DNA from: Octopus bimaculoides
Lineage: Eukaryota
Direction of reading: 5' to 3'
NCBI RefSeq assembly: GCF_001194135.2
Contig: NC_068990.1
Location: forward strand, 33,464,660-33,528,659
DNA length: 64,000 nucleotides
Below the pieces are notes generated by a model that was not told the DNA's origin, searched no databases, and saw nothing but the letters and a program-made list of their open reading frames with translations. Shown in pieces: positions 22,324 to 36,069 of this stretch (within the stretch, counting starts at the first letter, position 1; each line of letters starts with the position of its first letter). The position numbers and the translations under genes are program-made.

Positions 22324-22540
22324 AAGGTGGTCAGCTGGCAGAACTGTTAACCCATCAGGCAAAATGCTTAGTGGCATTTTGTCTGGTTTTATATTGTAAG
22401 TTCAAATTCTGTCAAGGTCGACTTTGACTGTCCTCCTTTTAGGGTTGATAAAATAAGTACCAGTTGAGCACCGGGGTTGATGTAATCAACTTTCTCCGCC
22501 CACTGAAACTGACGACCTTGCACCAACATTTGGAATAAAT
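22324..22540 (+). mobile_element. SINE family A
   Basis: AAGGTGGTCAGCTGGCAGAACTGTTAA...GTTCAAATTCTGTCAAGGTCGACTTTG. Confidence 0.8.
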
Positions 22541-23452
22541 ATTACAGACTCAATGAACAAACGTGCCACCTATACTATAAACCTAGTTAATAAATGTGTC
22601 ATCTAAGTTGTGGATACATTGTTATTACAAGGCCCAAAGATGTTTTTATTCATTTTTGTTCAAATCACATATGATGTTGTTTTATAAGCTATGTCTATTA
22701 TTACATCAGTCTCTGTAATAAATAAAATTGTGATTTGAAGGAGATTTAGCTGCTGAGTCTAAGTCATTGAATGACCTTGTCTATTCCTATTAGCATAACT
22801 TTCTTTGAAGTAGCTATATTTGTATATACACTATCGTATATAACTGACATTTGCTCTACATCAGATTTTACAAAAATGTACCAATTGTAGGAACTGTTCA
22901 AATGGAGGAGGAGGAACAAAAAAGAAACATTAAGGATAAGGTTATCTCATAATTCATTTTTCTTCCAATGTTCAATTCCAAATTAACATTGGATTCTGTA
23001 GTTAGATGACAAAATATTTCTATTTCTGATATTGTAGGTGCTTCAGTAATAAAGTTACTTCAGCAGACAGCTATTAACCTACTTCTATTCCATGTTTGAC
23101 AGTCTTTTACTTTAGTCTACAAGCTGGACCACTTTTTCCACAATTTAAGAATCTATATCACAAAGAATATAAATTCTGCAGTAATAAGTCAAATGTGTTT
23201 CAATATTCAGTAAGAAGCTTCAAATCCCATGATTCATAGTTGGTAGGAACCATAATCCCTTACTAGACAGAATTACTTGCTTACAACTGTCACTCATTAT
23301 TAGCAATGAGGAATATTCTATGTTCTATTGTGTTTACACTGCCCCTGTTTCAAAGTCTGTCCCACCTCGTGTCAAATAACATATTACAGGTCATTTTAAT
23401 CAACACTTGAAAGTGTTGTTTTATGTTTCGCTGATTCTTACATGGAACTCAC

Positions 23453-23485
23453 CTTGTGCTAGGATGATGTCTAAAATATTCATAA
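23453..23485 (-). CDS. Putative 33-nt exon (MNILDIILAQ); alternative acceptor at 23494
   Basis: Consensus donor AAG/GTGAGT; acceptor TTGTTGTAG; phase 1 to 1. Confidence 0.4.
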
Positions 23486-25038
23486 CTACAACAACTGCAG
23501 CTTATGACATTCGTCATACAAAGATGAGACAAAGATGCTATAATAGAATTAGTTTCAATGCATAAACAATGTGGTCATGTCTTTCCATATCAATAATTCA
23601 GATAAGAGATAAAGCAATACAGAGATAAAAGAAGAAGAAGAAAAAGCAAATTAAAACAAGAAAACTGTCATGAAAACAATTCATATGAAGATATGTAGAA
23701 TATGTCAATTATAATACTATTGATGATGGGTATTTTAAAACAACCAACAGAAGAATTCATGTCTATTGTTAAAGAGAGGAATATATTTAAATACTATTAT
23801 CAACTCTAGAAACATTTTGCAAAAGTTTAGATAAGTTTATGCCACTCCTGGTGAGTATTTTTTTTTCACTCCTCATAACAAATTAACACACATTAATTTT
23901 ATTTTTTTTATCTTCAAACTTTTATAACTTTATGCCACTTCTTTATCTTCATAGAAGCTTATAAATTTAAATTAGGTAACTTTGTGAGAGTATTTTATCA
24001 GGTCTCATATGAAATTTGTTCAAGGAAGTTTTAATTTACATATGATATTAGATTAGAAGGAGTTCAGTTTATAATATTGAACTGCAACTTGTGGGAATTT
24101 ACTATATTTTAGCATCGTTGCTGAAAGACAAATATCTTTTAAATTGAAAACAAATTCACATAGAAACAGAGAGGTCTTTAAGGAATTAGCAGCAATGAAC
24201 TCAACAGTTGCACAAAAATAGGAAATTAGTATATGCTTGAATAAGACGAATCTACAACTTTATTGAGACCAAAGAATGATAGATAATTATTCAAATATAT
24301 CAATAAAGTTAATAAATATTTCAATATTTACAATAATTAAATAGATAAGAATATAATAGCAAAGCAATTGTATGCAAGTTTTGAGTTATGCTGCTATGCT
24401 TAAAAAATAAAACATTCAATTCTTTGTGTTACTGAACACAAGGCTATACTAAATGATTTACATCAAATCTGGAGTTTCATAATTCAGACAAAGAAATTGA
24501 CAAACATTTTCTTTGCCTACTGCAATCTTTTTAGGGATTAGGTAAATAACCAAATTTATTTAAGACTGGACCTGAGTTTATCAATTAAATGCTACTGAAC
24601 CTTCCCAAACTAGACACCAATATCTAAGCATGATCCAAGCTGAATATTATCTATGAAGATGAACAACCAATATCGGTGTAAGAAAACTCCCCATGAACCA
24701 AGAGTCTACAAATACTTCCCATTTTGCTAGAATAAGGAGACTATGACTTAAAAAAATTCACAAGCAAGCATAACAAATATGTATTCTCATCATCATCTGC
24801 CAAACAGATATCACTATGGTTTTGACACTTGGGCAGTAACATTCAATCTGATGGTGTCAACAGTATTAAAAAAACATAAAAACACTGCCTGAAAATCAAT
24901 AATAATCAACAAGAGCAAAACATTAGCATAGCATGTTCATTATGCCAACATTTGCTTATTACTACAAGCAAGATCAAATTAAACAGTTAGTACTAACTTA
25001 TAGCTACAAAACAGTTCCTATAAAACAAAAGGCCTTAC

Positions 25039-25060
25039 TCCCAAAAAGGACATTGTCATC
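25039..25060 (-). CDS. Putative 22-nt exon (DDNVLFG)
   Basis: Acceptor CTTTTGTATTATAATCTTAG, donor GTAAGG; phase 0 to 1. Confidence 0.35.
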
Positions 25061-26784
25061 CTAAGATTATAATACAAAAGAAGAAGCATATTAAACATAT
25101 ACTTTTGTTTATAGAAATAATCTTGCCTTCTGACTTTAGCTAACTAAGCTGTTAGATAAGAGTTTTTCTTTTAATTATTATCAGTAAAAAGTGGACTATA
25201 AAACGGTTCAAACCACAGATGTTTTGAACAACTAGGAATACTTCTGTGACAATATATTTACTAGATCAATGTATAAGTATTTACCAATAGTGCCACTTAA
25301 AGGCTTGAACACACTGATCATTTGCTTAGATGGGGCCATGGATCTAGGGGTCAGATGCTAATCTATGTATGCTGTGGTTGTATATGTTGAGGCCCCAGTG
25401 CATTGCTTTGTTCTGGGGTTTCTAATACTGTTAATATACCCCTGATTACAGCATGTCATTTGAGAAATGAGACATTTTATAAATGGTATTTTTTAACATG
25501 AGTTGATGTAGTTATATGATACTTTTCTCATCCAGGCATGAATACTTGCCAGAGATTGCCATCAGAGATTTTTGCTTTTCTCCTAATTAGCACGTGTCAT
25601 ATATTTCTTTTAACTACTGTTGCTCCAACCAGCTGTCTGAAGTAGTTCCTGTTTGGTGACATGGTCTTGATTCCATATCTAAAATACTGACTTGTATATG
25701 TGTGTGTGTGTGTGTGTGTGTATGTGAGTGGTGTTTAAAACTGCACCATTCATTTGATGCACATGTAACCATAAAATACAACCTTTGAAGCCATACGTAT
25801 ACATAGTAAACCAACATTTTATAGATGTGGCTTTGGAAAATTAGCATGTAATAAGTTGGAAGTGGCTCTGTTAATGCATCAAAGCATTTCAAGAATGAGC
25901 TTTGCCAACATCCTAGTCATTGCTGAAAGTTGAACAGATCACACACTGAACTATCTACACAGCACATTATATAAATGTTCATCTTCAGATGCATGCTAGC
26001 ATAGAATACTTCATTAAAGTGAACTGGAATAAATAAGCATTCCTGTTTCATAATATTTTCGTTCCCCACATAGCAGTTGCTTCCCCATTATGTTGAATAG
26101 TAACTGGATCATTGTTCAGAAGGTTTCTAGTCAGCCTGGCTTTCTAAAGGTAACGCATGGTTGCAGGATGATTCATGCTTCTGGCTGATGCAGCACTGTC
26201 GATGTTACCACAGTGCCAGATGATGCAAATATCTGGATGATCCAAAGAATTGAAGAGTCCAAAGAGTTGGATGATCTACATAGTGCTGAATGAACTACTA
26301 CAACAGTGCTTTTATGCTGAAATCTTTGGCAAAATCAGTTACAACAAAGGAGATACTCATGTTGTGTTCAAACAGTTTACCTGTGGCTCTTTTACTGGAA
26401 GCATTACATTGTGCTTCAATTAAGGTGAAATACTCACAGTGATACACAAAGGTTGGCTACCATGATTAGCTCTCTTTGAATGGTGCTGATTATGAATTTA
26501 GCCATCAATATACAGCAATTATAGATCACTTTAATCACCCTAGTAATCACCTCAGTAATTATGTACCACTATAATAACCATAGCTATACTGTTCTCATTT
26601 TTCCCCTTGTACAATGTTATCATCACACTGTCTCCATGATAGTCTGGTGACATTTTACCCTCCTGGATAGTGGTCAAAATGTTTAGAAGAACATTCAAGA
26701 TAAACTAAAGTGATGGAAGTGCAATTTAAAACAAAGATGAAGTAGAAGACAAAAATAACAAAATGAATCACATTTCTCACTTTA

Positions 26785-26826
26785 CCCATGTGATATGTAT
26801 GAAAGATTACAATGTTGTAGTCCAAG
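26785..26826 (-). CDS. Candidate ~42-nt exon (LDYNIVIFHTYHM or LGLQHCNLSYISH)
   Basis: Acceptor TGCTGTCCTAG, donor GG/GTAAAG; two frames open; phase does not join the 25060 exon directly. Confidence 0.2.
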
Positions 26827-27789
26827 CCTAGGACAGCATTGTTTTAAAGTGGGAGTGGGGCTATAGAAGATATTCTAAGCATTACCATCCTGTATTTTTT
26901 TAGGAATAGTGTGTCCAAAACAATATTAACCAATGTATCCTTCCATTTGCCCAAGATGTTAGGATGTAATTTGAAGGATTTTTGGCTGTTATTTCTAGCA
27001 TGTCATGTGTTCATCTGCATGGTGTAAATGCAGAACTTCAGAAATGTAGTGAGACTGAAGTGACACCTATAGTGCTGCCACTATGTTCATAGACAAATGG
27101 AAGCAAAGACAATATTCGTTGCTGCACCATTTCGACATTTCATTACAAATGGGCAAGTTTCTGAAAGATTGTCTTATGTCATTTTTTAGATTCCTTTTTT
27201 GCAGGAAACCACTATACAAAAAATTTGGAGTGAGATTTCTTATCAATGGCATAAAGTGAACATAGCTACATGCGTGTTGTCCATGGACATAAGTGATACA
27301 ACACAAGAGAAGTCTGAAATCTAGACTTTATCTTCACTTGTCCAGTATTTTAACTGAAATAAATTAACATGCACAAGTGATCAGAACAACAACAGCAACA
27401 ATCAAAAACTGGTAAAGTAATATTTACATGGATTAAAAGTAGCAGAAATAACTCAACCTAAAACACTTAGAATTATTTCATAGTTTAGTGGCTGAAAATG
27501 ATAAGAGAATAAAAGAATATATATATATATATATATATACAGCTGTAAGATTTTGTCCCTTCTTCGGTTGCTAGATGTCCTTTTGAATTTGAAATTTTAA
27601 TTGTTGATATATGACATAATAGTATGTCATATGTGTCTATATATTGTCTTTATTGTCCTTTTGGTTGTAAAATAAACGGATTAATCAACAGAGTACAGTG
27701 TCTGCAAGTTGATGAGTACCTCATATTCTCCTCCATTTTCTTATTGCTATATATATATATATATACTTGAGTTATAATCAAAACATGTT

Positions 27790-28042
27790 GGTATATTCTT
27801 TTACATGTTTCAGTCATTTGACTGTGGCCATCATGGAGTACCACCTTTATTCGAACAAATTGACCTCAGGACTTATTCTTTATAAGCACAGTACTTATTC
27901 TATCGGTCTCTTTTGCTGAACTGCCAGTGTTATGGGAACGTAAACACATCAACATCAGTTGTCATGCAATGGTAGAGGAACAAACAGACACACAAACACA
28001 CACACACACACTTGCACACACACACACACACACACACACTTG

Positions 28043-28076
<34 letters not shown>

Positions 28077-28250
28077 CACACACACACATGACAGGGTTCT
28101 TTCAGTTTCCGTCTACCAAATCCACTCACAAGGCTTTGATTGACCCACGGCTATAGTAGAAGACATCTGCCTAAGGTGCCATGCAATGGGACTGAACTCG
28201 AAACCATGTGGTTGGTAAGCAAGCTACTAACCACAGAGTCATTCCTGCGT
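27790..28250 (-). mobile_element. SINE family B
   Basis: Both halves with (CA)n spacer. Confidence 0.85.
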
Positions 28251-28264
28251 TTATGATGGCGATA

Positions 28265-28304
<40 letters not shown>

Positions 28305-28310
28305 TTTATT

Positions 28311-28530
28311 AAGGTGGTGAACTGGCAGAACCATTAGCACACTGGGTGAAATACTTAGCAGTATTTTGTACATCTTTATGGTCTGAGTTCAAATTCCACT
28401 GAGGCTGAATTGCCTTTCATCCTTTCAAGGATTGATAAATTTAGTACCAGTGAAACATTGGGGTCGATGTAATCGACTAGTCCCCTCCAACCAAACTTCA
28501 GGCCTCGTGCTTTAAGTAGAAAGGATTATT
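28311..28530 (+). mobile_element. SINE family A
   Basis: Complete from head to (ATT)n tail. Confidence 0.85.
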
Positions 28531-29564
28531 ATTGTTATTGTTGTTGTTATTATTATTTTATTTCTCAAAGCTCTGGTCGATTCTGTGAGAGCGGACAGCA
28601 ACCTGTTGTCAGAAGCCTTGTGCCAAATTCTTAAACCATTATTACTATTATTATTATGAATCATCACTGCTGCATCATCATCATCATCATCATCACCATT
28701 GTCATTAGTAGTAGTAGTAGTAATATCAGAAGCAACAGCAATATTGATAGTTAGCAACACACACTAAATTTATTTTAATCTGGAGATAGAACATCTCACA
28801 TTAACAGAAGGGAAACAAAATGAAATTATGTGATATTTTATGTCTTTCTCAGAGGTAATAATGATGATGTATGCACTGTGAAATTGCTGGCAGTGGGAAT
28901 TGAAACTGGGTTGTACTGTTAACCCTATAGCATTCTGTACTTTCATCTTCGGCATTGATCTCAATGGAATTTAGCAATGTAAATGAAGTGAAATGTTTTG
29001 AACTGTGGAATAGAAATAGAAAGATATCCTTGGTTGTCAATAAGGTTACACCTAGTTCATATTATGTCCCCTACAAGGGATACAATTCCAGTATTAAAAC
29101 ACACAATTATCACCAGAGAGAGAATTAAAACAACAAACCAAATAAATATATGGAGAAAAAACAAAAACAACAGAAAGGGAAGACTACATTGATAGATTTA
29201 AAAATTTCAATTTATATTGAAAATGTTATGAAATGGAATAAAGAACATTTATTTCACAAGAGACCAGTAAAAGTAGTGATTGCACATTATGTAAATTGAG
29301 GCTGAATTAGATCTTATGAGTTGAGATAATTCTATTTATTCGTGTTGAGGAACTGAAGATGGTAAAAGCCCCTACAGATTATCAAAATCAGAATGTTCAA
29401 CAAATCCATTATTTACAGGGGAGCTATCATTCTTTTTTATAATAGTTTCATTAATTTAGTTTTATCGTTTGTTTGATTTATATGTTTTGTTATTAAACTA
29501 AGACATCATATCTGTTGCTTTTATTTACAGTTATTATCAACTACCCTACAATCATCATCTCACT

Positions 29565-29681
29565 AAAATCGTTAAGATCATTCTTTATCAACAGTTTGGT
29601 AAATTCTTCAAGGTGCAGAGAAGTTCCTGGTGATTTAAATGTATGATCCAGTACCCTAGAGAGGAGTATGACAATTTCTCC
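29565..29681 (-). CDS. Candidate exon ((G)EIVILLSRVLDHTFKSPGTSLHLEEFTKLLIKNDLNDF); boundaries approximate
   Basis: Protein-like open frame inside ORF 29541-29819; acceptor GATTTTAGTTCAG and donor GTGAGA. Confidence 0.4.
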
Positions 29682-29764
29682 TGAACTAAAATCACTTGTG
29701 AAGTCAAAATTGAAATTGGATAGAATAAATTGCAAAATCAAATAACCTCCATTTCTGAAGTGTA

Positions 29765-30170
29765 TACTTTTTACTCTTTTACTTGTTTCAGTCATTTGAC
29801 TGCGGCCATGCTGGGGCACCGCCTTTAGTCGAGCAAATCGACCCCAGGACTTATTTTTGTAAGCCTAGTACTTATTCTATCGGTCTCTTTTTCCCGAACC
29901 GCTATGTTACGGGGATGTAAACACACCAGCATCGGTTGTCAAGCGAAGTTGGAGGGACAAACACAGACACACAAACATATAGACATACATACATACATAT
30001 ATATATATATACATATATACGATGGGCTTCTTTCAGTTTCCATCTACCAAATCCACTCACAAGGCTTTGGTCGGCCCGAGGCTATAGTAGAAGACACTTG
30101 CCCAAGGTGCCACGCAGTGGGACTGAACCCAGAATCATGTGGTTGGTAAACAAGCTACTTACCACACAAT
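29765..30170 (-). mobile_element. SINE family B, young-looking copy
   Basis: Retains many CpGs; collinear with other copies. Confidence 0.88.
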
Positions 30171-30839
30171 CACTTTGTTTCATATTACTCAAGTTCACTC
30201 AGCTGTAGAAATGAATAGCAACACCACTGGTGCCAAGCTATATTGGCTTTTTGCCTTTCTCTTGGATAACATTGGTGGTGTAGAGAGGAGAGGCTGGTAT
30301 GCATGGGTGACTGCTGGTTTTCCATAAAAAAGCCTTGTCTGGACTTGCGCCTTGGAGAGGAACTTTCTAGGTGCAATCCCATGGTCATTCATGACAAGCA
30401 CCTCCCGAACAAGCCATCTCCCCAACACCTCCCTCCTTCCTCCCACTCCCTTCTATCTTCCACTCTCCCTCTCAAACATACCTGCACGCAATTTGTCTCT
30501 TTTAAAATTCTTCCCCATGATATATCCTCAAAATACCCACTTCCCTACTTGTGCCCACTCACAACATTCCCTCCCTGCTTCAAGACCCACCATCCTTTTG
30601 TAATCTCATGAATTTATCCACCCACTCCCCTTCTCCAATTCCTGATTCACTTCACTATATAAATTTCCCCCCTTAATCCTTCCCCCCTCACCTCCTGTCA
30701 CATCTTTACCATCTTCTCTCTCTTTCTCCATCTGAGACAGTTTTGTTTCTCCTCTACTGCAAGGCACCTTTTTCTGTCCCTCAGGACAGCACCTGCCTCA
30801 GTTGAGGGGTCTTGTCTTGCAAGTTACTTGCATTTAATA

Positions 30840-31038
30840 CTTAAATACTTTAGCACCTAAAGCAACCAGATCCAGCCAATGTATTCAAACGAACCAGATC
30901 TGGCCTCTCACACCAACCCAACAATGTCATCCTAAAAATATCAAAATCTTAAAATTACAAGCTAATGCATGATTAATTCAAAACAATGTGAATGAATAAA
31001 CATTACATTTGACAGAGTAATCTGAATGCTAAAGGACT
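30840..31038. mobile_element. MITE-like repeat shared with 49800-49989
   Basis: Shared CCAGATC..CCTCTCACA and GCATG.TTAATTCAAAACAATGTGAAT...GAATGCT(T)AAAGG. Confidence 0.5.
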
Positions 31039-32957
31039 GAGCCTCTATTGGTTATGTCTTTCACTTCAGACTGGGGGACTTAGCATGGTGTCTAATCACT
31101 GATTCATTAAAAGGTCAATATTTATAAAAGAGAGAGAGAGAGAGAGAGATATGATTGTTTGAAGAATGTTCTGTATGTTACTGTTTCCAGTTCTGTAATG
31201 AACCCCAAATAACAGAGGGGATTGAAACTATATGTTGTTTGTTGGTCTAATTCTCCAGTGTTTATTACAGTAGCAGCAGCAGCAGCCAAAACACCATCAC
31301 TATTCTATGTACACAATACACAATACATTTGTATTGCTATTATGACTAATAATTAAGTACAGTTATTTTAAAAATGAAAGCTATTATGTGTTTAAATCTA
31401 GTTAAAAAGGGATTAGAAATCAATAGAAATAAAATATGAGCTTTTCTTTTTTGTTGTAGTTGATGAATACAATTACTTTATTTTGTAATTTTCTTTGAAG
31501 GTGAAAATTAAAAAGCAAGGAAAAAATGAGAGAAATATATAGAAATTTGAGATAGTATTTTGATTCTTCATAAAAGTACTTCAAATATGAAATATCAAAA
31601 CTGTTGATGCATCAGCGGCACCAAAGATAGGTGATTATTCCTCTATCTAATAATGAAATAGTGATTTTGTTCCTTGTTTTTATATTCTCTATTTTCCTAC
31701 TTTTTATTGCAGTGTTTATTATTTATTTTTGGCTATTGTATTTCTAAAAGAGATCAAAGGCCAGAGATATAGATTTATAAAGCTATTTTATCGATAAAAA
31801 TCTTAATGCAAATAGATTAAAGCATCCCACCCTGTAAAAACCAACCAAACATTGTAAAACAGAGGAGGGAAAAATATTGTTTGTTTTGATGGAAATTATG
31901 TCAAAAACATATCCAAAGTCTGCCACAGTAAAATTATAATTGCTACATAAGTACAGACAACAAACCAGCTACTGTTAAAAGTCACCACTCTGCCGCCATA
32001 CAGCAATTCACCCTACTAATGTGGTACTACATTGATGGCTTCTCTCTACAATAGTTGGCAACAATCTGAAACAGAATGCAGTGAAAAATTAATGTATCAA
32101 TATTTTTAGAATGCAACCATGTTTTATTCATATTTGAGATGGTTCTATTGATTTCCAGCATTTAAAGTGCTATGATTTTTGGTACACTATTCCAAATTCT
32201 TCACTCGATTTGGTTTATTTATTTATTTATTTAAAACAATAAATGCTGGTTTTCCCTGAGTTCAATAATGAGAACAAAATTAGCATCTAATACTGATTGA
32301 TAAACAGTTTAATGATTAAGGAAGACTATAAACCCAAACTGGATAAATACTTAACTATTTTAAAAGACTTTAACAGTAAATAATACAATATTTCAATCAT
32401 TGCTGTTTCATAACTGTAATTTGGTAATGGTTATTATATACCAATGAGAATCTCTGTCAGAATCAGCGCAATAAAAAAAAATTTCATTCATAGCAAAACA
32501 GAATACAAAATACAACAGATTAAAGTTTAATGAATATTTATTAGAAAAATTGTTACAGTCTACAAATGTAATAACATTGGAATTATAAACAAGCCGCTAG
32601 ATAAGATTAGTTATTCATACTGCTGATATAAATTTTATATTAGTACACCTATGAATGTTAGTGATTAATCTTGTATATCAAAGTCTTTATGTTTAAGAGT
32701 GAGGTTGGTGTGAAGCGAGGGTGAAGTGAGAGAATAATCAATATTTGTGCTGTCATTCATCAAACATACACACAAAACTGCAGCGAGAGAAATATTAGCA
32801 CAAAATTATTCAATACAAAATAGATATGTCTATTTTCTAAAAACTAATGATGAATCTAAAAACACTTGATTGTGTTACAACATCATGTTTTAAACATTTC
32901 AACCATCACAATACACCCAGAAAACATGCCCAAACAAATAATAATGATAATAATAAG

Positions 32958-33795
32958 CCTTTTTACTATAGGCACAATGCCTGAAATTTGGTGGGAGAGG
33001 GGCAGTTGATTACATCGACCCTAGTACTCAACTGGTACTTAATTAATCGACCCCAAAAGGATGAAAGGCAATGTCAACCTCAGTGGAATTTGAACTCAGA
33101 ACGCAGCGTCAGAAGAAACACTGCTAAGTATTTTGCCTGGCATGCTAATGATTCTGCCAGCTAGCCGCCTCACTAACAATAATAATAATTCTTTCTACTA
33201 AATGCACAAGGCCTGAAATTTTGGGGGAGGAGACTAGTCGATCACATCGACCCCAGTACTTCACTGGTACTTAATTTATTGACCCTGAAAGGATGAAAGG
33301 CAATGTTGACCTCGGCAGAATTTGAACCAATAAGAATAATAATAATAATGATGATGATAGATACAAGGCCTGACATTTTGTGGAAGGAGTCTATTCGATT
33401 GCATTAACCTCAATTTTCAACTAGTACACATTTTAACAACCCTGAAAGGATGAAAGGCAAAACCAACCTTGGTAGAATTTGAACTCAGAACATATAGCAC
33501 AAGAAGAAATGCCGCTAAACATTTTGTCCAGCACAGTAACAACTCCACCAGCTCACCTCTCTAATAATAATGATAATGATAATCTTTTCTATTATAGGCA
33601 CAAGGATAGCAATTTTGAGGGAGAGGATAAGTTGATTACATCGACCCCAGTGTTCAACTGGTACTTACTTTATCGACCCTGAAAGGATGAAAGGCAAAGT
33701 CGACCTCAGCGGAATTTGAACTCAGAACACAAAGACAAATGAAAGGCAGCTAAGCATTTTGCCCAGTGTCCTAACGATTTCGCTAGCTCATTGCC

Positions 33796-33838
<43 letters not shown>

Positions 33839-34250
33839 TAATAATGATAATACTTTCTAATATAGCCACAAGGCCTGAAATCTGGGGGAAGGGTATAGTC
33901 GATTACATCAACCCCAGTGTTTAACTGGTACTTAATTTATCGACCATGGAAGGATGAAGAGTAAAGTCAACCTTGGCAGAGTTTGAACTCAGAACATAAA
34001 GACAGACGAAATGCCGCTAAGCATTTCACCCGGCATGCTAATGATTCTGCCAGCTTGCTTCTTTAATAATAATAATAATGATCATGATCCTTTCTACTAT
34101 AGGCAAAAGGTCTGAAATTTTGGGGGAAGGGATTAAGTCAATTACATTGACCCTAGTGCTTAACTGGTACCTTTAGTGGTATTTGAACTCAGAACATAAA
34201 GAGCTGGAAGAAATGTTGCTGAACAACAATTCTGTAAGCTCAGCACCTTA
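32958..34250 (-). mobile_element. Head-to-tail array of six SINE family A copies
   Basis: Copies at about 32960-33171, 33190-33328 (truncated), 33360-33560, 33585-33797, 33853-34064 and 34090-34249 (internal deletion), separated by (AAT)n/(GAT)n. Confidence 0.9.
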
Positions 34251-34352
34251 ATGATGATGGTGATGATGATAGAATCAACAACAACAACAACAATTTAAAA
34301 TGCAAAATAGTAGCAGCTTTAATTTCTTGACATCCAAATACAAGATGTGTAC

Positions 34353-34433
34353 CTCATGGTTAGTCAACAGTTTGATGTAAAAGTGTGGAGAAAGGTAACT
34401 TGTACTGGATATTCTCATGTTCCTTGCTGGTTT
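34353..34433 (-). CDS. Candidate 81-nt exon (KPARNMRISSTSYLSPHFYIKLLTNHE)
   Basis: Strong acceptor CTTGGCCTGTTTTGCTCTAG, donor GAG/GTACAC; phase 0 to 0. Confidence 0.3.
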
Positions 34434-34742
34434 CTAGAGCAAAACAGGCCAAGATTGAATTTTACTTATACCATAACAAGCAATCATGAATATATTTACA
34501 CCTTTAAGGAATTCAATGGATCCCTGACCACAGTCTTAGTACTGAAGCATACCAGAAGTTTACTGTTCTGCTAACATGATAGTTACCGATATATCGTTTG
34601 CAAATGTAACTTAGAATTCAACAAAAGACTGTTTGCATGTTATTTAGACATCTTAAAACAGCATGTCTAGAGTTATTCAAAAGGAATGAAGAGATATTTC
34701 CAGAATGTGTATAAATAGAAATCTATTGTTGTGGTTACTAAC

Positions 34743-34835
34743 TGCAGGAGTTGATAACTGAGCCAATGACAAGACATTATATTCTTGCAGAAGTAATGAA
34801 AGGAAATCCGGATATACTGATGTTTTACGAGAAGT
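34743..34835 (-). CDS. Candidate 93-nt exon (TSRKTSVYPDFLSLLLQEYNVLSLAQLSTPA)
   Basis: Phase 0 to 0, compatible with 35371-35620; donor GTTAGT; acceptor only moderate. Confidence 0.35.
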
Positions 34836-35370
34836 CTGTAGCACTGTTTATATAAATGGAAGCTCACATATAGATTTTCTCCGACGTCAAACTAATTAAA
34901 ACTAAGAAATAACATCATTTTGACTAATAAGAATGATAGTTTCATTACTAACTGTGAAAAGAGGTTTGTGATTTAGTGGTCAATACATAATTAACATTTA
35001 AGGGGCACACATATTAATGGTAGCGTTGTGGAAAGGTATCATGTATGTACTAGATTTACAGTACAAAGAATAGACGACTGTGTGGGCAAAATAATTAGAA
35101 ATTACATGAATTCTTTAATGAATAAATGAGCATGGATTGAACTGTCTAATAAATTTGGATAATTCTACAATGATAATGGAGATGAAGAAATTAGGGAATA
35201 GTTGAAAGAAAACTGCACAATCTATGTCTCTCTAACTTTACATTCCACTACAATCAGTTGTATTACATGTCATTTAATATCACTTAGATGTAATACTGCC
35301 TCACAAACTACAGTTAATGTCACATCATTTAATGACTTCTGTAAACGCTGCCTTTCATTTTATAGCTAAC

Positions 35371-35620
35371 CCTTTCAATTCTACTGCTACAAATTGTGTT
35401 CTTAATGGCAATTAACACTGAATTATCTGCTGAAATCAATTGACAAAGAACTAACAGTTGGACAACTGAGGCTGCTGGTAATACTTTGTCTACCAATACT
35501 GTCATTGATTTGTTAACCTTAATATAATGTGTGTATGGTGAAATAACTTGCATCAGCTGTTTTGCAAACTGGAACAAGGCCAAGGGGAAATCATGAATAC
35601 TTGAGGAGATTACTGCTGGT
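35371..35620 (-). CDS. Putative 250-nt exon, helical-repeat-like composition (PAVISSSIHDFPLALFQFAKQLMQVISPYTHYIKVNKSMTVLVDKVLPAASVVQLLVLCQLISADNSVLIAIKNTICSSRIER)
   Basis: 83 open codons in AT-rich non-repeat DNA, starting right after strong acceptor TTTAATTCTTGTCACCTTAG; donor GTTAGC. Confidence 0.6.
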
Positions 35621-36069
35621 CTAAGGTGACAAGAATTAAAGAAATGACAAGAAAAGAATTTGTCACAATTGAAAGGATGCAGCTACATTTTTGTATGTAA
35701 TAGATGAGTTGGGGTGGTGTCTAATTGTGTGTTGCCATATAAAGACCAATACACAATGAATAATCACCTGACTTTTAGCATAAGGCACTACTTGTAATCC
35801 ATTTGATAAAGTACTGAGCTGCAGACAAAGTGAAAGTAATACTCAGCGGCATAGAGTCTAGTATATTATCACCCACAATTCTTCTCTTTCCCCATTTCCT
35901 TTTTTTATAGCAAATCATAAACTTTTAATGCAATGTTCCCCTCATTGGATGCCACGGATGCAAATAAAAGGTATAGAGCTGGCAGAATTACGTGCATGTC
36001 AGACAAAACGCTTCCAGTTATTTTTATGCTCTGAGTTCAAATATTGCCAAAATCAACTTTACATTTCAC

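Noticed and set aside
26100-26460. Possible decayed RT or coding sequence, and a 48-nt exon candidate (TIQRELIMVANLCVSL / HHSKRANHGSQPLCIT)
   Set aside because: No recognisable motif; two frames open; could not be placed confidently in the exon chain
34790-34897. Plus-strand terminal exon candidate (SNERKSGYTDVLREVCSTVYINGSSHIDFLRRQTN*)
   Set aside because: Overlaps a minus-strand candidate that is phase-compatible with the 250-nt exon; no supporting plus-strand exon chain found
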